64,000 nucleotides of DNA, from assembly GCA_030699685.1 (NCBI GenBank), contig JAUYLJ010000027.1:12601-76600 (forward strand), given 5' to 3'. This document shows, piece after piece, positions 17,968-27,831 of this stretch. Each line of letters begins with the position of its first letter. The stretch's first letter is position 1. The stretch is from a bacterium. GTDB lineage: Bacteria > Patescibacteriota > Patescibacteriia > JAHIZJ01. Position numbers and translations under genes: made by a program. Below the pieces are notes generated by a model. The model searched no databases. It had not been told where the DNA came from and saw only the letters and a program-made list of their open reading frames with translations.

Positions 17968-18417
17968 TTATTTGAGCGCTTTTTTAGCGTCAGACCACAG
18001 GCTGTCAAAATTATTGCTTTGAGAAACTAGGATTTCACTGCCGTCTTTCCGTAGTCCCACAACCGACAAGCCTCTTCGCAAAAGCGCCATATTCTGCTGA
18101 AAAGCCGATCGAATAGCCTCTTCTTTATCCCGCTGTCGTTCCAACCCATCCGGCATTTCAAACTGAATCACCTGAAAACCATACTGATCCACATCTTCCT
18201 TCGACCATAGGCGCTGGCTGGCAGTTTTTAAAACGTACGTGACCTGAACCGTGACCTCCCTACCGGTGTAGGAATTATTCTTTGGATCCCACTCCTTAAG
18301 CTTCAGCTGATCGCCTTCAGCAATATCAAAATCTGCCACGCGCAGATCAAATTTTTTCTTACCATCAACGATAAACTGAAAAAATCCCGGCCAGCATTTT
18401 TTTACTATTGTGTTCAT
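17968..18417 (-). CDS. ASCH/PUA-like (DUF3850) protein
   Basis: KCWPGFF..GKKKFDLR..GDQLKLKEWD..YTGR. Confidence 0.8.
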   Translation of the reverse strand: MNTIVKKCWPGFFQFIVDGKKKFDLRVADFDIAEGDQLKLKEWDPKNNSYTGREVTVQVTYVLKTASQRLWSKEDVDQYGFQVIQFEMPDGLERQRDKEEAIRSAFQQNMALLRRGLSVVGLRKDGSEILVSQSNNFDSLWSDAKKALK

Positions 18418-18426
18418 AAGACTATT

Positions 18427-19044
18427 TTAGCGGCGAGATGGAAGACCGAAAGGTTTCAACAGATTCAACACCGATACATACACGGCATTCGCGTCTACGG
18501 TAGCAACGTGGATCACGTGTTCCGCGTATTTCTTTTGACTGTCGACAAACTGCCTGTGCATGGGCCGAGCGACGGCATTGTTATAGTCATCGCTCTTGAA
18601 ATGAACGCGTCGCGACCAGCGAATATCATGTTCGGCTTCCAGCCAGATAGAGGTGCTGAGCAACTCCCGGATACGCGGATCGAATAAAGTAAAAAAGCCT
18701 TCTACCAACACGATGGGTTTGGGATGAAATTCCACGGGGATGCGTCGTCCCGTCTTGGCAAAATCTGGATTGAGTTTTTCGTTTTTGGTTTGAATAACAA
18801 CCGACTCTCCTTGCTGCAAGGCGCGAAGATCTGTAGTTAGCGCTTCAAAACGAATCGCATCAGGATGATCCCAGTTCTCAAATCCGGCGAGCTTCGGCAC
18901 TTCTTCTTTTGGTTTGAAGTAATCATCAAGCTGAACACAAGCAATTGTTTGCGGAAACTCATCCTGGAGCCTAAGACAAAGAGTGGATTTCCCCGCCCCG
19001 CTACCTCCGGCTATGCCTATAAGCCTGGATAAATTATCCTTCAT
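18427..19044 (-). CDS. udk: uridine/cytidine kinase
   Basis: IGIAGGSGAGKST, DDYFK, NWDHPDA and VEG motifs. Confidence 0.85.
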   Translation of the reverse strand: MKDNLSRLIGIAGGSGAGKSTLCLRLQDEFPQTIACVQLDDYFKPKEEVPKLAGFENWDHPDAIRFEALTTDLRALQQGESVVIQTKNEKLNPDFAKTGRRIPVEFHPKPIVLVEGFFTLFDPRIRELLSTSIWLEAEHDIRWSRRVHFKSDDYNNAVARPMHRQFVDSQKKYAEHVIHVATVDANAVYVSVLNLLKPFGLPSRR

Positions 19045-19670
19045 GTGCTTTTCTGCTCATAATACCCGTGGCCGTCAGCAACAGCTTTTTCCATAAGCAC
19101 CACTGCCCGAGGTCCGACTGACCGAGCTAAGGGAATATACCACTCTTGAGCCTCCTGAAACCAGCGAGGAAATTTGTGTTGTGAGGGATGATCGGTTGGA
19201 ATACGCGGCCAGGAACGAACGTTGTCCAAAATATCCGCGCACTTTACTAAACGGACGTCATAATCAGCGTTCATCAGCTTTTGGAACTTTATTATTTTGT
19301 TCACTTGTTTCTCTTCTTCGCTTTCATTATCCGGACGCCGTCGAGTCAGCATATCCACCAATCTTACAACTACGGCATTGTATTTCTTCCGAATATCATC
19401 GATGGTCACCCTCGTATCTTCGACCACATCATGAAGCAAGGCTGCTATAATCAGGTTTGGATCATGCACGTGAAAATCATCAATCAAAATCCGGGCGACT
19501 CTGACCGGGTGGACAATATATTCAGCCCCTTCGTCTCGACGCTGTCCTGAGTGCGCATCGGCCGCGAGATCCCAAGCAGACTGAATATCTCTATCATCCG
19601 CCATATCGACTGACCGCAGAGAGCGCTCCAGGGCTTTATTTTGACTTGAGAGTTGAGAGAATGAATCCAT
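19041..19670 (-). CDS. single-domain HD hydrolase (RelA/SpoT hydrolase, Mesh1/SAH-like)
   Basis: AHSGQRR, YIVHP, LLHDVVED, VKCADILDN; start moved to ATG 19670 because the track start lies in tRNA-Ala. Confidence 0.85.
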   Translation of the reverse strand: MDSFSQLSSQNKALERSLRSVDMADDRDIQSAWDLAADAHSGQRRDEGAEYIVHPVRVARILIDDFHVHDPNLIIAALLHDVVEDTRVTIDDIRKKYNAVVVRLVDMLTRRRPDNESEEEKQVNKIIKFQKLMNADYDVRLVKCADILDNVRSWPRIPTDHPSQHKFPRWFQEAQEWYIPLARSVGPRAVVLMEKAVADGHGYYEQKST

Positions 19671-19674
19671 AAGG

Positions 19675-19750
19675 TGGTGGACCCTACCGGGCTCGAACCG
19701 GTCACCTCCGCGTTGCAAACGCGGCGCTCTACCAAATGAGCTAAGGGCCC
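19675..19750 (-). tRNA. tRNA-Ala(TGC)
   Basis: Cloverleaf, CCGCG-TT-TGC-AA-CGCGG, CCA encoded. Confidence 0.95.
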
Positions 19751-19753
19751 GAA

Positions 19754-19990
19754 TTACTCTCCAATCGGTGGCGTCAAGGAAATTGGATCGAAGTCAGCGA
19801 ACCACACTATAGCAGCTAATATAATTAATGCGACTCCCAGCAGTTGAAGCGTGAAGCGGGATCCTCCCAAGGTAGCCAGGATACCGCGTTCAGCCACGCC
19901 GATCCGGCCGGTGAAATCAATAAACCATTGAGGCTTGAGGGCGAGGGCAAAGCCTACGGCGAGCATAAGGAGTCCGACAAAAAAACGCAT
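19754..19990 (-). CDS. small membrane protein
   Basis: Two hydrophobic helices, MRFFVGLLML... Confidence 0.7.
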   Translation of the reverse strand: MRFFVGLLMLAVGFALALKPQWFIDFTGRIGVAERGILATLGGSRFTLQLLGVALIILAAIVWFADFDPISLTPPIGE

Positions 19991-20146
19991 TACGTTGGCT
20001 GTTAATTGCAAAACTCGAGCTTGATCTTCAGTATACCCTTACGTCAGTGAAATTCAAAATTTCGAAAAAGCGAAATCTGCCGCGCTGTATTAATCATACG
20101 CAACCTTAATGAGTACCCCCGCCAATTAGTTGATGGATTCAACCCA

Positions 20147-20223
20147 TGGTGGGCGCGCCTGGATTCGAACCAGGGACCTTCTCGGTGTAAACGAGACGCT
20201 CTAACCAGCTGAGCCACGCGCCC
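20147..20223 (-). tRNA. tRNA-Val(TAC)
   Basis: TCTCG-TT-TAC-AC-CGAGA, CCA encoded. Confidence 0.95.
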
Positions 20224-20234
20224 AATGATATATA

Positions 20235-20447
20235 CTATTGCCGCTCGGTTTGCGCTTTGCGTTTTTTAACAAAGATATACGCGCCGACACTGAGAACAGC
20301 CGCCATCCCCAAAACGATGGCATGATCGGGTTCGGCGATCAAGTGCCCTATCGTTGATATCAGCCCTTGCTTGTGTTCTCCGGCATGTGCCAGAACCACA
20401 GCGGGGCTCAACAATAGAAGAATTACTGGGAGCAGTGTTTGTTTCAT
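20235..20447 (-). CDS. small exported/membrane protein
   Basis: Signal peptide ending VLA-HAGEH, C-terminal TM helix and basic tail. Confidence 0.65.
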   Translation of the reverse strand: MKQTLLPVILLLLSPAVVLAHAGEHKQGLISTIGHLIAEPDHAIVLGMAAVLSVGAYIFVKKRKAQTERQ

Positions 20448-20548
20448 AAGTCAGTTTGTTAGAAAATTCAGTGCTCATCCCAGATTCCGCAAGGGTTCAG
20501 CACGGGTCAAAAATGGTTTATGCAAAACCTACACGGCATAATCACCCG

Positions 20549-20634
20549 TGGTGCGGACGGTGGGACTTGAACCCACACGCTCTTACGAGCCTAGGCCCTC
20601 AACCTAGTGCGTATACCAATTCCGCCACGTCCGC
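20549..20634 (-). tRNA. tRNA-Leu(GAG)
   Basis: CTAGG-TT-GAG-GG-CCTAG, long variable arm, CCA. Confidence 0.95.
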
Positions 20635-20706
20635 AAATAGAATGATGTCACAGAGCCAAAACCCCGTACCAGAGCGTAGCGATCGGTACAGGAGAGTGGT
20701 ACAAGA

Positions 20707-21150
20707 TTATTTTCCGGTTGATACGATGGTTTCTTTCGGACTCCGCGCCTGTGAATCTCGAAGATAATAGAGCTTTGATCTCCGTACTCTCGCTTTTTTT
20801 ACCACATCAATTTTTACGATCAGCGGGGAATGGAGTGGGTAAATACGTTCCACGCCTATCCCACTGGCCATACGCCGCAACGTCATAGTCCCATTCACTC
20901 CACGACCATGTTTGAGCGCGATAATCATGCCTTCAAACACCTGGACTCTTTCTTTGTCACCCTCCGTCACCTTCTGATGAACGCGAATGGTCATACCGGG
21001 TTTCAAGTCGGGTAATGCCGGTGTGGTTGACTTTGGGGTTTCAGCCTTATCCTTCGCCTCTGATTTTGGCGTTTCCTTGGAACTTTCTTTTGCTGAAGAC
21101 TGTGGCTTCTCACCTTCAGTATTCTTGGCTGGTTTTTCTTCTGGGCTCAT
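20707..21150 (-). CDS. rplS: 50S ribosomal protein L19 with Lys/Glu-rich N-terminal extension
   Basis: [29 protein letters not shown]. Confidence 0.95.
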   Translation of the reverse strand: MSPEEKPAKNTEGEKPQSSAKESSKETPKSEAKDKAETPKSTTPALPDLKPGMTIRVHQKVTEGDKERVQVFEGMIIALKHGRGVNGTMTLRRMASGIGVERIYPLHSPLIVKIDVVKKARVRRSKLYYLRDSQARSPKETIVSTGK

Positions 21151-21220
21151 ATTCGTAGTTTTCTTCGTTAACCCAATAAAAAATTGGCTAGAATGAGTAT
21201 AGCCTAGTCAAATCAATACG

Positions 21221-22150
21221 TCAATTCCTTATTTTTAGAGATTGCAGCACTTCCTGGTACGGTGCAGGCAAAGGGACGGAGAATTGTCGCCGATCGCCGT
21301 CAAGATCGGTAAATTCCAGCTCAGTGGCACAGAGAAATAGCGGCGAGGCAATTTTCAGCTTTCCGGACAATTTAGTTCGGTAGAGTTCATCGCCCAGGAT
21401 AGGATGTCCTAATCCGTGAAAGTGCGCGCGAATCTGATGCGTGCGGCCGGTGATCGTAGTCACCAAAACCAAACAGCATCCAACATACCGTCGTATGATT
21501 TCGTAGTGGGTCTCAGCGGATTTCACCCCTGGCTCTCCGGCGCGCCGGGCGGCCACGCTGGCCATGCGGCCGGTTTTCGACCGAGTGATAGCAAAAGTAA
21601 TCTCGCCCTGATCAGGCAATTTGTCTCCCAGAACGATCGCTTGATACTGTTTTTTCACCCGTCGTGCCTGAAACTGTTTTTTAAAATAATCAAAAGCTAA
21701 TTGTGTCCGGGCGACAATCATGAGACCAAACACTTCTTTATCAAGCCGGTGAACAATACCTGGGCGCAAAGGGTCATCACCCACTTTTGCCATTTCGGGA
21801 TAGCGATGAAGTAAACCGTTGACCAGAGTACCCGCGCCGTGGCTCCCGCCTGGATGCACTACTATCCCGGCCGGCTTGGAGACTACGGCGTATTGAGTAT
21901 GTTCAAATATGAGTGTCCACGGTACGCTTTTGTCCGGCTCAAGGCTCGGCTCCGCTGGCTTGGAAAAGTCCACCTGTATTAAGTCACCCGTTTTTACTTC
22001 GGTGTGAGGGGTAGGGAGACGATCACCAATTTTTATCTTTCCTTCGCCTATCAAACGTTGAATCCACGAACGGCTGACATCGGGAAAATTCTGTTGAAGG
22101 TATCGATCAAGCCGTTCGCCGCCTTTTTCGACTCTGAGTCTTTTGGCCAT
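21221..22150 (-). CDS. RluA/RluD-family pseudouridine synthase
   Basis: S4 domain, KPAGIVVHP, IVHRLDK, GRTHQIR. Confidence 0.92.
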   Translation of the reverse strand: MAKRLRVEKGGERLDRYLQQNFPDVSRSWIQRLIGEGKIKIGDRLPTPHTEVKTGDLIQVDFSKPAEPSLEPDKSVPWTLIFEHTQYAVVSKPAGIVVHPGGSHGAGTLVNGLLHRYPEMAKVGDDPLRPGIVHRLDKEVFGLMIVARTQLAFDYFKKQFQARRVKKQYQAIVLGDKLPDQGEITFAITRSKTGRMASVAARRAGEPGVKSAETHYEIIRRYVGCCLVLVTTITGRTHQIRAHFHGLGHPILGDELYRTKLSGKLKIASPLFLCATELEFTDLDGDRRQFSVPLPAPYQEVLQSLKIRN

Positions 22151-23594
22151 AGTTGCGGGATAAATATTCAATTGCCTGGGAGCTAGTACGTATCTTTTTT
22201 TGCAGCTGGGCGAGACGGACGCGATGGAGTATTTCACCGATTCTCGGCCCAGGAGCTAACCCAAGTCTCGCCATAATATCATTTCCGGTTAATAAAATCT
22301 TTGGCCGGCGTCCGGAGCCGTATCCAGCTTTTCGGATCTCGCGCAAAACTTCCACTGTTTCATAAAAATTTCGTATTGAAAGGTTGCCATTTTCCTGACG
22401 GCTGGCCCACTGATCGGCAAAAATTAGCTGCAGCAGCTCTTGACCGGCAGAGTGAGTGAGAAAAGTTTCTTCAAGACGGGTTGGCGAAATCTGATGTGGC
22501 GGAGTAAATGTGATCACCAGATGGTTCCGCGCCAGCCATGAGATTCTCTCGGTGTTTATCAATCCATCATAACTAGACAAGCGCAGCCGGCGACAAATGT
22601 CAGCGATCAGACGAGCGCCAACTTCTTCATGGCCATAAAACGAATGGCCATTGCCGTGTAATGTTTTAGTATACGGTTTGCCAATATCATGCCACCAGGC
22701 TGCCAAAATCAATTCAACGCTAACGCCTGCCTTGGGAAACTGTTTGCGAAAATCCCGACTGAAAAGCGCTTCCACGGCTAATCGGCTGTGATCCCACACA
22801 TCCCCTTCGGAGTGATATCCCGGGCTTTGCGCGCAACCCTTCATATGAAGCGCTTCGGGAGCCAGTACGCGCAACACTCCGCTAACATCCAGCAAATCGA
22901 TGGCCTGCAGCGGATTAGCCTCCAAGGTCTTGAGAAATTCACGGCCGGCCATCTCGCGCGGAAGCCTAGGACTGCGGACAAAACCGGCCATCAATTTCAG
23001 TGTTTTCCATGTGTTATACTCAATTTCGAATCCCAACTGGACAGCAAAGCGGATCGCCCGAAGCAAACGCGAGTAATCTTCCTGAAACCGGAGTTCAGGC
23101 TGTCCGACCGTCCTGAGACGCTTGGCCGCCAGGTCGGACAAACCGCCGCAGGGATCAATTATTCTTTTCTTACGAAGATCAAAAGCCATCGCGTTGACGG
23201 TGAAATCCCGGCGTTGTAAATCCTGGGCTATGGGCAGTCGATGGTCTGACTGCACGTCAAAGTCCCTGTACCCGCCGGTCAGGCCGAGCGAGTGTTCGGT
23301 GCGGGGCAAGGCGATATCGACCGCGTCGTGCTGGGTTTGGCCTTTGGGGGTAAATTTAAACACGCCGAAATTCTTTCCAACCAGGTTTACCAACCCGTAA
23401 TCGCGGAGAAATTTCTCAAGGGTTTTAGCCGTCACCCCGCGCACGACAAAATCATAGTCATTTGACGGCCGGCCAAGCAGCATATCCCGAACCATCCCGC
23501 CAACCAGATAGACTCCAGCTCTAGGAAAGCGTTTGAGTAGGGATTGCAGCCAGAGGGGGGGTTTTTCCTTAAATATGTTAGTTGGTGCTTCCAT
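22107..23594 (-). CDS. cca: CCA tRNA nucleotidyltransferase with HD domain
   Basis: VGGMVRD, DYD, RRDFTVNAM, EDYSRLLRAIRF, HDIGKP. Confidence 0.9.
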   Translation of the reverse strand: MEAPTNIFKEKPPLWLQSLLKRFPRAGVYLVGGMVRDMLLGRPSNDYDFVVRGVTAKTLEKFLRDYGLVNLVGKNFGVFKFTPKGQTQHDAVDIALPRTEHSLGLTGGYRDFDVQSDHRLPIAQDLQRRDFTVNAMAFDLRKKRIIDPCGGLSDLAAKRLRTVGQPELRFQEDYSRLLRAIRFAVQLGFEIEYNTWKTLKLMAGFVRSPRLPREMAGREFLKTLEANPLQAIDLLDVSGVLRVLAPEALHMKGCAQSPGYHSEGDVWDHSRLAVEALFSRDFRKQFPKAGVSVELILAAWWHDIGKPYTKTLHGNGHSFYGHEEVGARLIADICRRLRLSSYDGLINTERISWLARNHLVITFTPPHQISPTRLEETFLTHSAGQELLQLIFADQWASRQENGNLSIRNFYETVEVLREIRKAGYGSGRRPKILLTGNDIMARLGLAPGPRIGEILHRVRLAQLQKKIRTSSQAIEYLSRNYGQKTQSRKRRRTA

Positions 23595-23626
23595 GTCATT
23601 ATTGTATCACAAAACAAAAAACCCAT

Positions 23627-24223
23627 TCAGGCGTGCGGGGGTGAATGGGTATTGCCATTGCGTGACCGCCAATTTGGCCCTAAACACTGTTCGATGACCG
23701 AGACCGGTACGTGCAGACCGGTTCGGACTACCCGGGGCAACCGGACAAGGCAGAATTGATCGCTTTCATGATCTGGTTCTATTTCCACGAATTCGGGGAA
23801 GCGTCGCAACAAAACGCTGATTGCGCGATTCTTCAATTGGAATGCTTGCATGCTTTCGTTGCCGCTTTGCCCGTCCGCCCACTCGAAACTGTGGGCCAGC
23901 TTATTCGCCAACGAGGCATAGTCAAAGATGTCGGTCGGCCTCCAATCCATACTGGGCAGATGTGCGGCTAAAGCAGACAAGAGCAAGGAAAGTTCGTCTA
24001 CAGGCAAACGGGAACCTGCCCTATCCAGGCATACCCACAAGAGATAGCGCCCGTTCTGCGTCTGAACTAGACGATGATGACCGCGATAGCGCCTCACCAA
24101 GGACTCGTAGTCGCCTACGGTCAAGCTGTGGCTTGGCTTATGAAAGAACTCCTGCACCACTGTACTAGAACCTGTATGTTTGCGATGGCGGCGTTGCTTT
24201 CTCGCACGTCGACTCATACACAA
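23627..24223 (-). CDS. hypothetical protein, possible YkyB-like domain, paralog of 2581-3309
   Basis: AAGGAG SD; shares FDYA..N / K.R....L.R.FP / R.GLH.P pattern. Confidence 0.65.
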   Translation of the reverse strand: MCMSRRARKQRRHRKHTGSSTVVQEFFHKPSHSLTVGDYESLVRRYRGHHRLVQTQNGRYLLWVCLDRAGSRLPVDELSLLLSALAAHLPSMDWRPTDIFDYASLANKLAHSFEWADGQSGNESMQAFQLKNRAISVLLRRFPEFVEIEPDHESDQFCLVRLPRVVRTGLHVPVSVIEQCLGPNWRSRNGNTHSPPHA

Positions 24224-24343
24224 GCTCCTTTCAATCCTGTAAGCCTAGACGTCAATTCAGGAGCGGAGAAACGAACAATACCAAACAATCCCTTGTCGCG
24301 TCAAGGTAAGCCTATACTAGTTTAAATATGGTTATTCTACTCC

Positions 24344-24420
24344 TGGTGGGCGGCACAAGACTCGAACTTGTGACCTCCACAATGTCAATGTGGCGCTCTA
24401 ACCAGCTGAGCTAGCCGCCC
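24344..24420 (-). tRNA. tRNA-Val(GAC)
   Basis: CCACA-TT-GAC-AT-TGTGG, CCA. Confidence 0.95.
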
Positions 24421-24545
24421 GCCAGAAGTAAAACTTACACCACTCTAGCAACTTTTTTACCTTTTTTCAAGGATGCAAAATCTGATAAGGCCACAGTTCT
24501 AGATCAATAGAACCTCGACATATCAACTCCACTTTTTTGTATCTA

Positions 24546-24621
24546 TGGTGGGTGCGGATGGATTTGAACCATCGACCGCAGCCTTATAAGGGCTGTGCTC
24601 TAACCACTGAGCTACGCACCC
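24546..24621 (-). tRNA. tRNA-Ile(TAT)
   Basis: CAGCC-CT-TAT-AA-GGCTG, intact cloverleaf, A73, CCA. Confidence 0.88.
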
Positions 24622-24650
24622 ACCATAGATACACATATAACAGAGTTGAT

Positions 24651-24738
24651 ATAAGCGTGGCGCTCTAACCACTGAGCTATGCACCCACCGCAAACAATCA
24701 AAAGGTGTCGATATAAGGGCTGTGCTCTAACCACTGAG
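24651..24738 (-). pseudogene. two 5'-half tRNA fragments (an Ile/Val chimera and an exact Ile copy)
   Basis: 24712-24738 is identical to 24585-24611; 24651-24689 mixes Val(GAC) and Ile sequence. Confidence 0.75.
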
Positions 24739-24833
24739 TTTCGAGGTCCGGCCCTGCTACATTCGAGATTCCCGCGTCAATAGTTCGCACCTTCTTTCAG
24801 GTCCGAGAGTCGCGTAAATCACAGCGCCTGTGG

Positions 24834-25820
24834 TTATTTCTTCTGCGGCGAAACCTGGCGCCCGGACAGTCTCTCGGCCCATCCCACGATTTTACTCACT
24901 TTCTTCCCCGAGTCAAGCTCATTGAAGAACAGTGTCCAGGCACTGAACTGAAAAGCGGTAAGAATGGAACCAATGACAACAACCGCCATTATACCTATAG
25001 CCAGAAGAGAATAGATGAAGACTGAAGCAAAACCGGAATACTCAGCAGTATTCAAGATGATCGCCAATAGCAGAAAAGGAACAGCAATAAAGATAAGGCT
25101 AATCAACAACGCGGCGGCAACCACAAACGAAATCAGAAACAAGATGATGGCCATCTCAATGCTGGCCAACCAATTATTACTGAACAACTTGAACGCGTCA
25201 TGAACGGCTACTCCCAGTGGTTTATCGCGAGCGACAACATAGATCGCCGCGTATTTCGCTATAAACGCCAAAATAAGCGTAACGCCCAAGGATAATACCA
25301 GTAAAATTACCCCGACCGTCATGCCAAAGTACCCCGTCACAATGATCGACGCGAGCAATCCAGTGAGTATGAGAAAAAAATAATCAACAACTTTGGCGGC
25401 CGCGTAGATAACAAAATTGCGCCAGAAATAGTGCTGACCAACGGCAAAACTTACGTCGAACTTTACCGGTTTTCGTTTCGCAATCTCATTAGTCGCGTGA
25501 ACAATGCCGCCAACGGAAACCACTGCCAGCCACACCACTAATACCACCATCGCGAAGAGTATCAGGAGGGTGATGATGAGACCACCGGTCGTTTGTATCC
25601 CACCAAAGAGATCCGAAAAAGCCCCGCCGAAACCGCTGCGGAATAATTCCCTCCAGCTATCGAGAGACAAGGTACCGTCGGCGTGATTGGAATAGTTTCG
25701 GATAATCAGCTCTGCCTCCTGACCTATCCAGACGAGAAACAAGCCATAAAACCAAAGCGCCTTGTTCCGCCAAACCGTCTGCCAGGCTTGACGAAGTACT
25801 GTGCTGTAGACCGGGGTCAT
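24834..25820 (-). CDS. multi-pass membrane protein of unknown function
   Basis: AWQTVWRNKALW N-terminus and about 7 TM helices. Confidence 0.8.
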   Translation of the reverse strand: MTPVYSTVLRQAWQTVWRNKALWFYGLFLVWIGQEAELIIRNYSNHADGTLSLDSWRELFRSGFGGAFSDLFGGIQTTGGLIITLLILFAMVVLVVWLAVVSVGGIVHATNEIAKRKPVKFDVSFAVGQHYFWRNFVIYAAAKVVDYFFLILTGLLASIIVTGYFGMTVGVILLVLSLGVTLILAFIAKYAAIYVVARDKPLGVAVHDAFKLFSNNWLASIEMAIILFLISFVVAAALLISLIFIAVPFLLLAIILNTAEYSGFASVFIYSLLAIGIMAVVVIGSILTAFQFSAWTLFFNELDSGKKVSKIVGWAERLSGRQVSPQKK

Positions 25821-25874
25821 AACTCCTCCTTCGATAGCCGAGATCGAATTTCTCCGATCAACGGAAGTAATTAT

Positions 25875-27716
25875 TTATTTTGACGCGACAAATAAGGATT
25901 GAAATTCGTTTTGCTCGATTGTCTCTTTGTCAAGCAGAATTTTCGCCACCTCATTGACTTTTGGCTTCATCTTGGCCAGAATCGCCCGCGCCTTCAGGTA
26001 GCACTTGCTGATGATAGACTGAATTTCTCTATCAATCTGAGCCGCTGTTTCTTCACCGTAGTCTTTCTGTTCGTGAATCTCACGACCAAGAAAAATCATT
26101 TCCTCGCGCTCACCGAAAGTACGCGGGCCAAGCGTCTCGCTCATGCCGTATTGGGTCACAAGCTTTCTCGCCAGTCGCGTGGCCTCTTTCAGGTCGTTGC
26201 TGGCTCCAGTAGTCACCTCTTTGAAAATCATCTTTTCAACCGCGTGTCCGGCCAACATGACGGAAATTTCATCAAGGAAGTACGACTTTGTGTGCATGTG
26301 CTTGTCTTCGGTGGGAAGCTTCAGCGTATACCCGGCCGCGCTGCCCCGGGACATGATAGAAACTTTCCGCACCGGATCGGCATTAGGCAGGCTTTGGGCC
26401 ACCACGGCGTGACCTGCCTCGTGATAGGCGGCAATCTTTTTCTCTTCCTTGGACAAAACATGGCTCTTGCGCTCAGGTCCCAGCATCACTTTATCAATAC
26501 TCTCAAGGCACTCGCTGATACTAACCTGCGTTTTGTTTCTTCTGGCTGTCAGGATGGCCGCTTCATTAAGCAAATTGGACAAATCGGCCCCGGAAAATCC
26601 TGGCGTTCGTTCGGCCAACATACGCAAGTCTACGTCTTCCGCCAATGGCTTGCCTTTGGAGTGCACTTTCAATATTTCTTCCCTGTCGCTTATATCGGGC
26701 ATATCAAGCATCACTCGGCGGTCAAAACGACCGGGACGCAACAAAGCCGGGTCAAGCACGTCGGGGCGGTTGGTAGCGGCCATGACGATGACATTAGTTT
26801 CATTGTCAAACCCATCCATCTCAACCAAGATCTGATTGAGGGTCTGCTCTCTTTCATCATGTGACCCGCCCAAACCAGAACCGCGCTGTCGCCCAACGGC
26901 GTCAATTTCATCAATGAAAATTATGCAGGGGGCAGTCCTGGCCGCGCGTTTGAAAAGATCGCGCACCCGTGAAGCGCCCACGCCAACAAACATTTCCACG
27001 AATTCTGATCCGGAAATATGGAAAAATTGTACATTGGCTTCACCCGCCACGGCCCTTGCTAAGAGGGTTTTTCCCGTGCCCGGAGGGCCAACTAACAGTA
27101 CACCTTTAGGAATTTTCGCGCCTAATGACAGAAATTTCTTGGGACTGCGGAGGAATTCCACCACTTCCTTCAGCTCTTCCTTCGCTTCTTTGACCCCGGC
27201 GACGTTTTCGAACGTAGTTTTTGTCTTCTGATTCGCCTGCTGCGACTCGCGCGCCCGACTCTGGCCGAATGACATGGCTCGGTTATTTGATCCCTGAACC
27301 TGGCGAAGCATGAAGTAGATAAACACGCCGATCAGCAGAAATGGCAATAGGAATGGTAATATTGCCCCCAGCCAGAATCCTAGTCCCGACTCGCCGCGGA
27401 TATCCACCGACAAAGCACGGATCTTCTCTCCGGCGACACCGTAATTTGTCAGCAATGCGCTTAGCGACTCTTCGGTTTCCTTGTTCGTTGTTTGCTTCGT
27501 GCCGTCTTTGAGCGTGATATTCAGCGTATTACCGGTCACTATCACTTCTTCAACATTTTCCCGCTCAACGGATTGAACAAACTCGTTCAAGGAAACTTCT
27601 CCCACGCTTTCGGTGGTAGTGCGATACAAACTGAATAATCCGCCCACGATCACGAAGATAATGATGAAGGCGATAAAGTTTCGTAACGCGCCGCGCATTG
27701 TACCTTTTTCTGCCAT
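25875..27716 (-). CDS. ftsH: ATP-dependent Zn metalloprotease FtsH
   Basis: [26 protein letters not shown]. Confidence 0.98.
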   Translation of the reverse strand: MAEKGTMRGALRNFIAFIIIFVIVGGLFSLYRTTTESVGEVSLNEFVQSVERENVEEVIVTGNTLNITLKDGTKQTTNKETEESLSALLTNYGVAGEKIRALSVDIRGESGLGFWLGAILPFLLPFLLIGVFIYFMLRQVQGSNNRAMSFGQSRARESQQANQKTKTTFENVAGVKEAKEELKEVVEFLRSPKKFLSLGAKIPKGVLLVGPPGTGKTLLARAVAGEANVQFFHISGSEFVEMFVGVGASRVRDLFKRAARTAPCIIFIDEIDAVGRQRGSGLGGSHDEREQTLNQILVEMDGFDNETNVIVMAATNRPDVLDPALLRPGRFDRRVMLDMPDISDREEILKVHSKGKPLAEDVDLRMLAERTPGFSGADLSNLLNEAAILTARRNKTQVSISECLESIDKVMLGPERKSHVLSKEEKKIAAYHEAGHAVVAQSLPNADPVRKVSIMSRGSAAGYTLKLPTEDKHMHTKSYFLDEISVMLAGHAVEKMIFKEVTTGASNDLKEATRLARKLVTQYGMSETLGPRTFGEREEMIFLGREIHEQKDYGEETAAQIDREIQSIISKCYLKARAILAKMKPKVNEVAKILLDKETIEQNEFQSLFVASK

Positions 27717-27831
27717 AGTTTAGTGCTGTTATTATACAGATTTTTAGGTCATCTGACAAACGTAGCCAAAGGCGGACTCTGTCTCTACCGAGACTAAGCG
27801 CGCCAGGCTGACACTCCGAAGCTGCCTATCA

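Noticed and set aside
25899-26864. 321-aa + strand ORF (also 60205-60951, 58483-59142, 12636-13265)
   Set aside because: Antisense shadows of conserved genes (ftsH, nusA, hppA, Ldh_2) with no recognisable motifs
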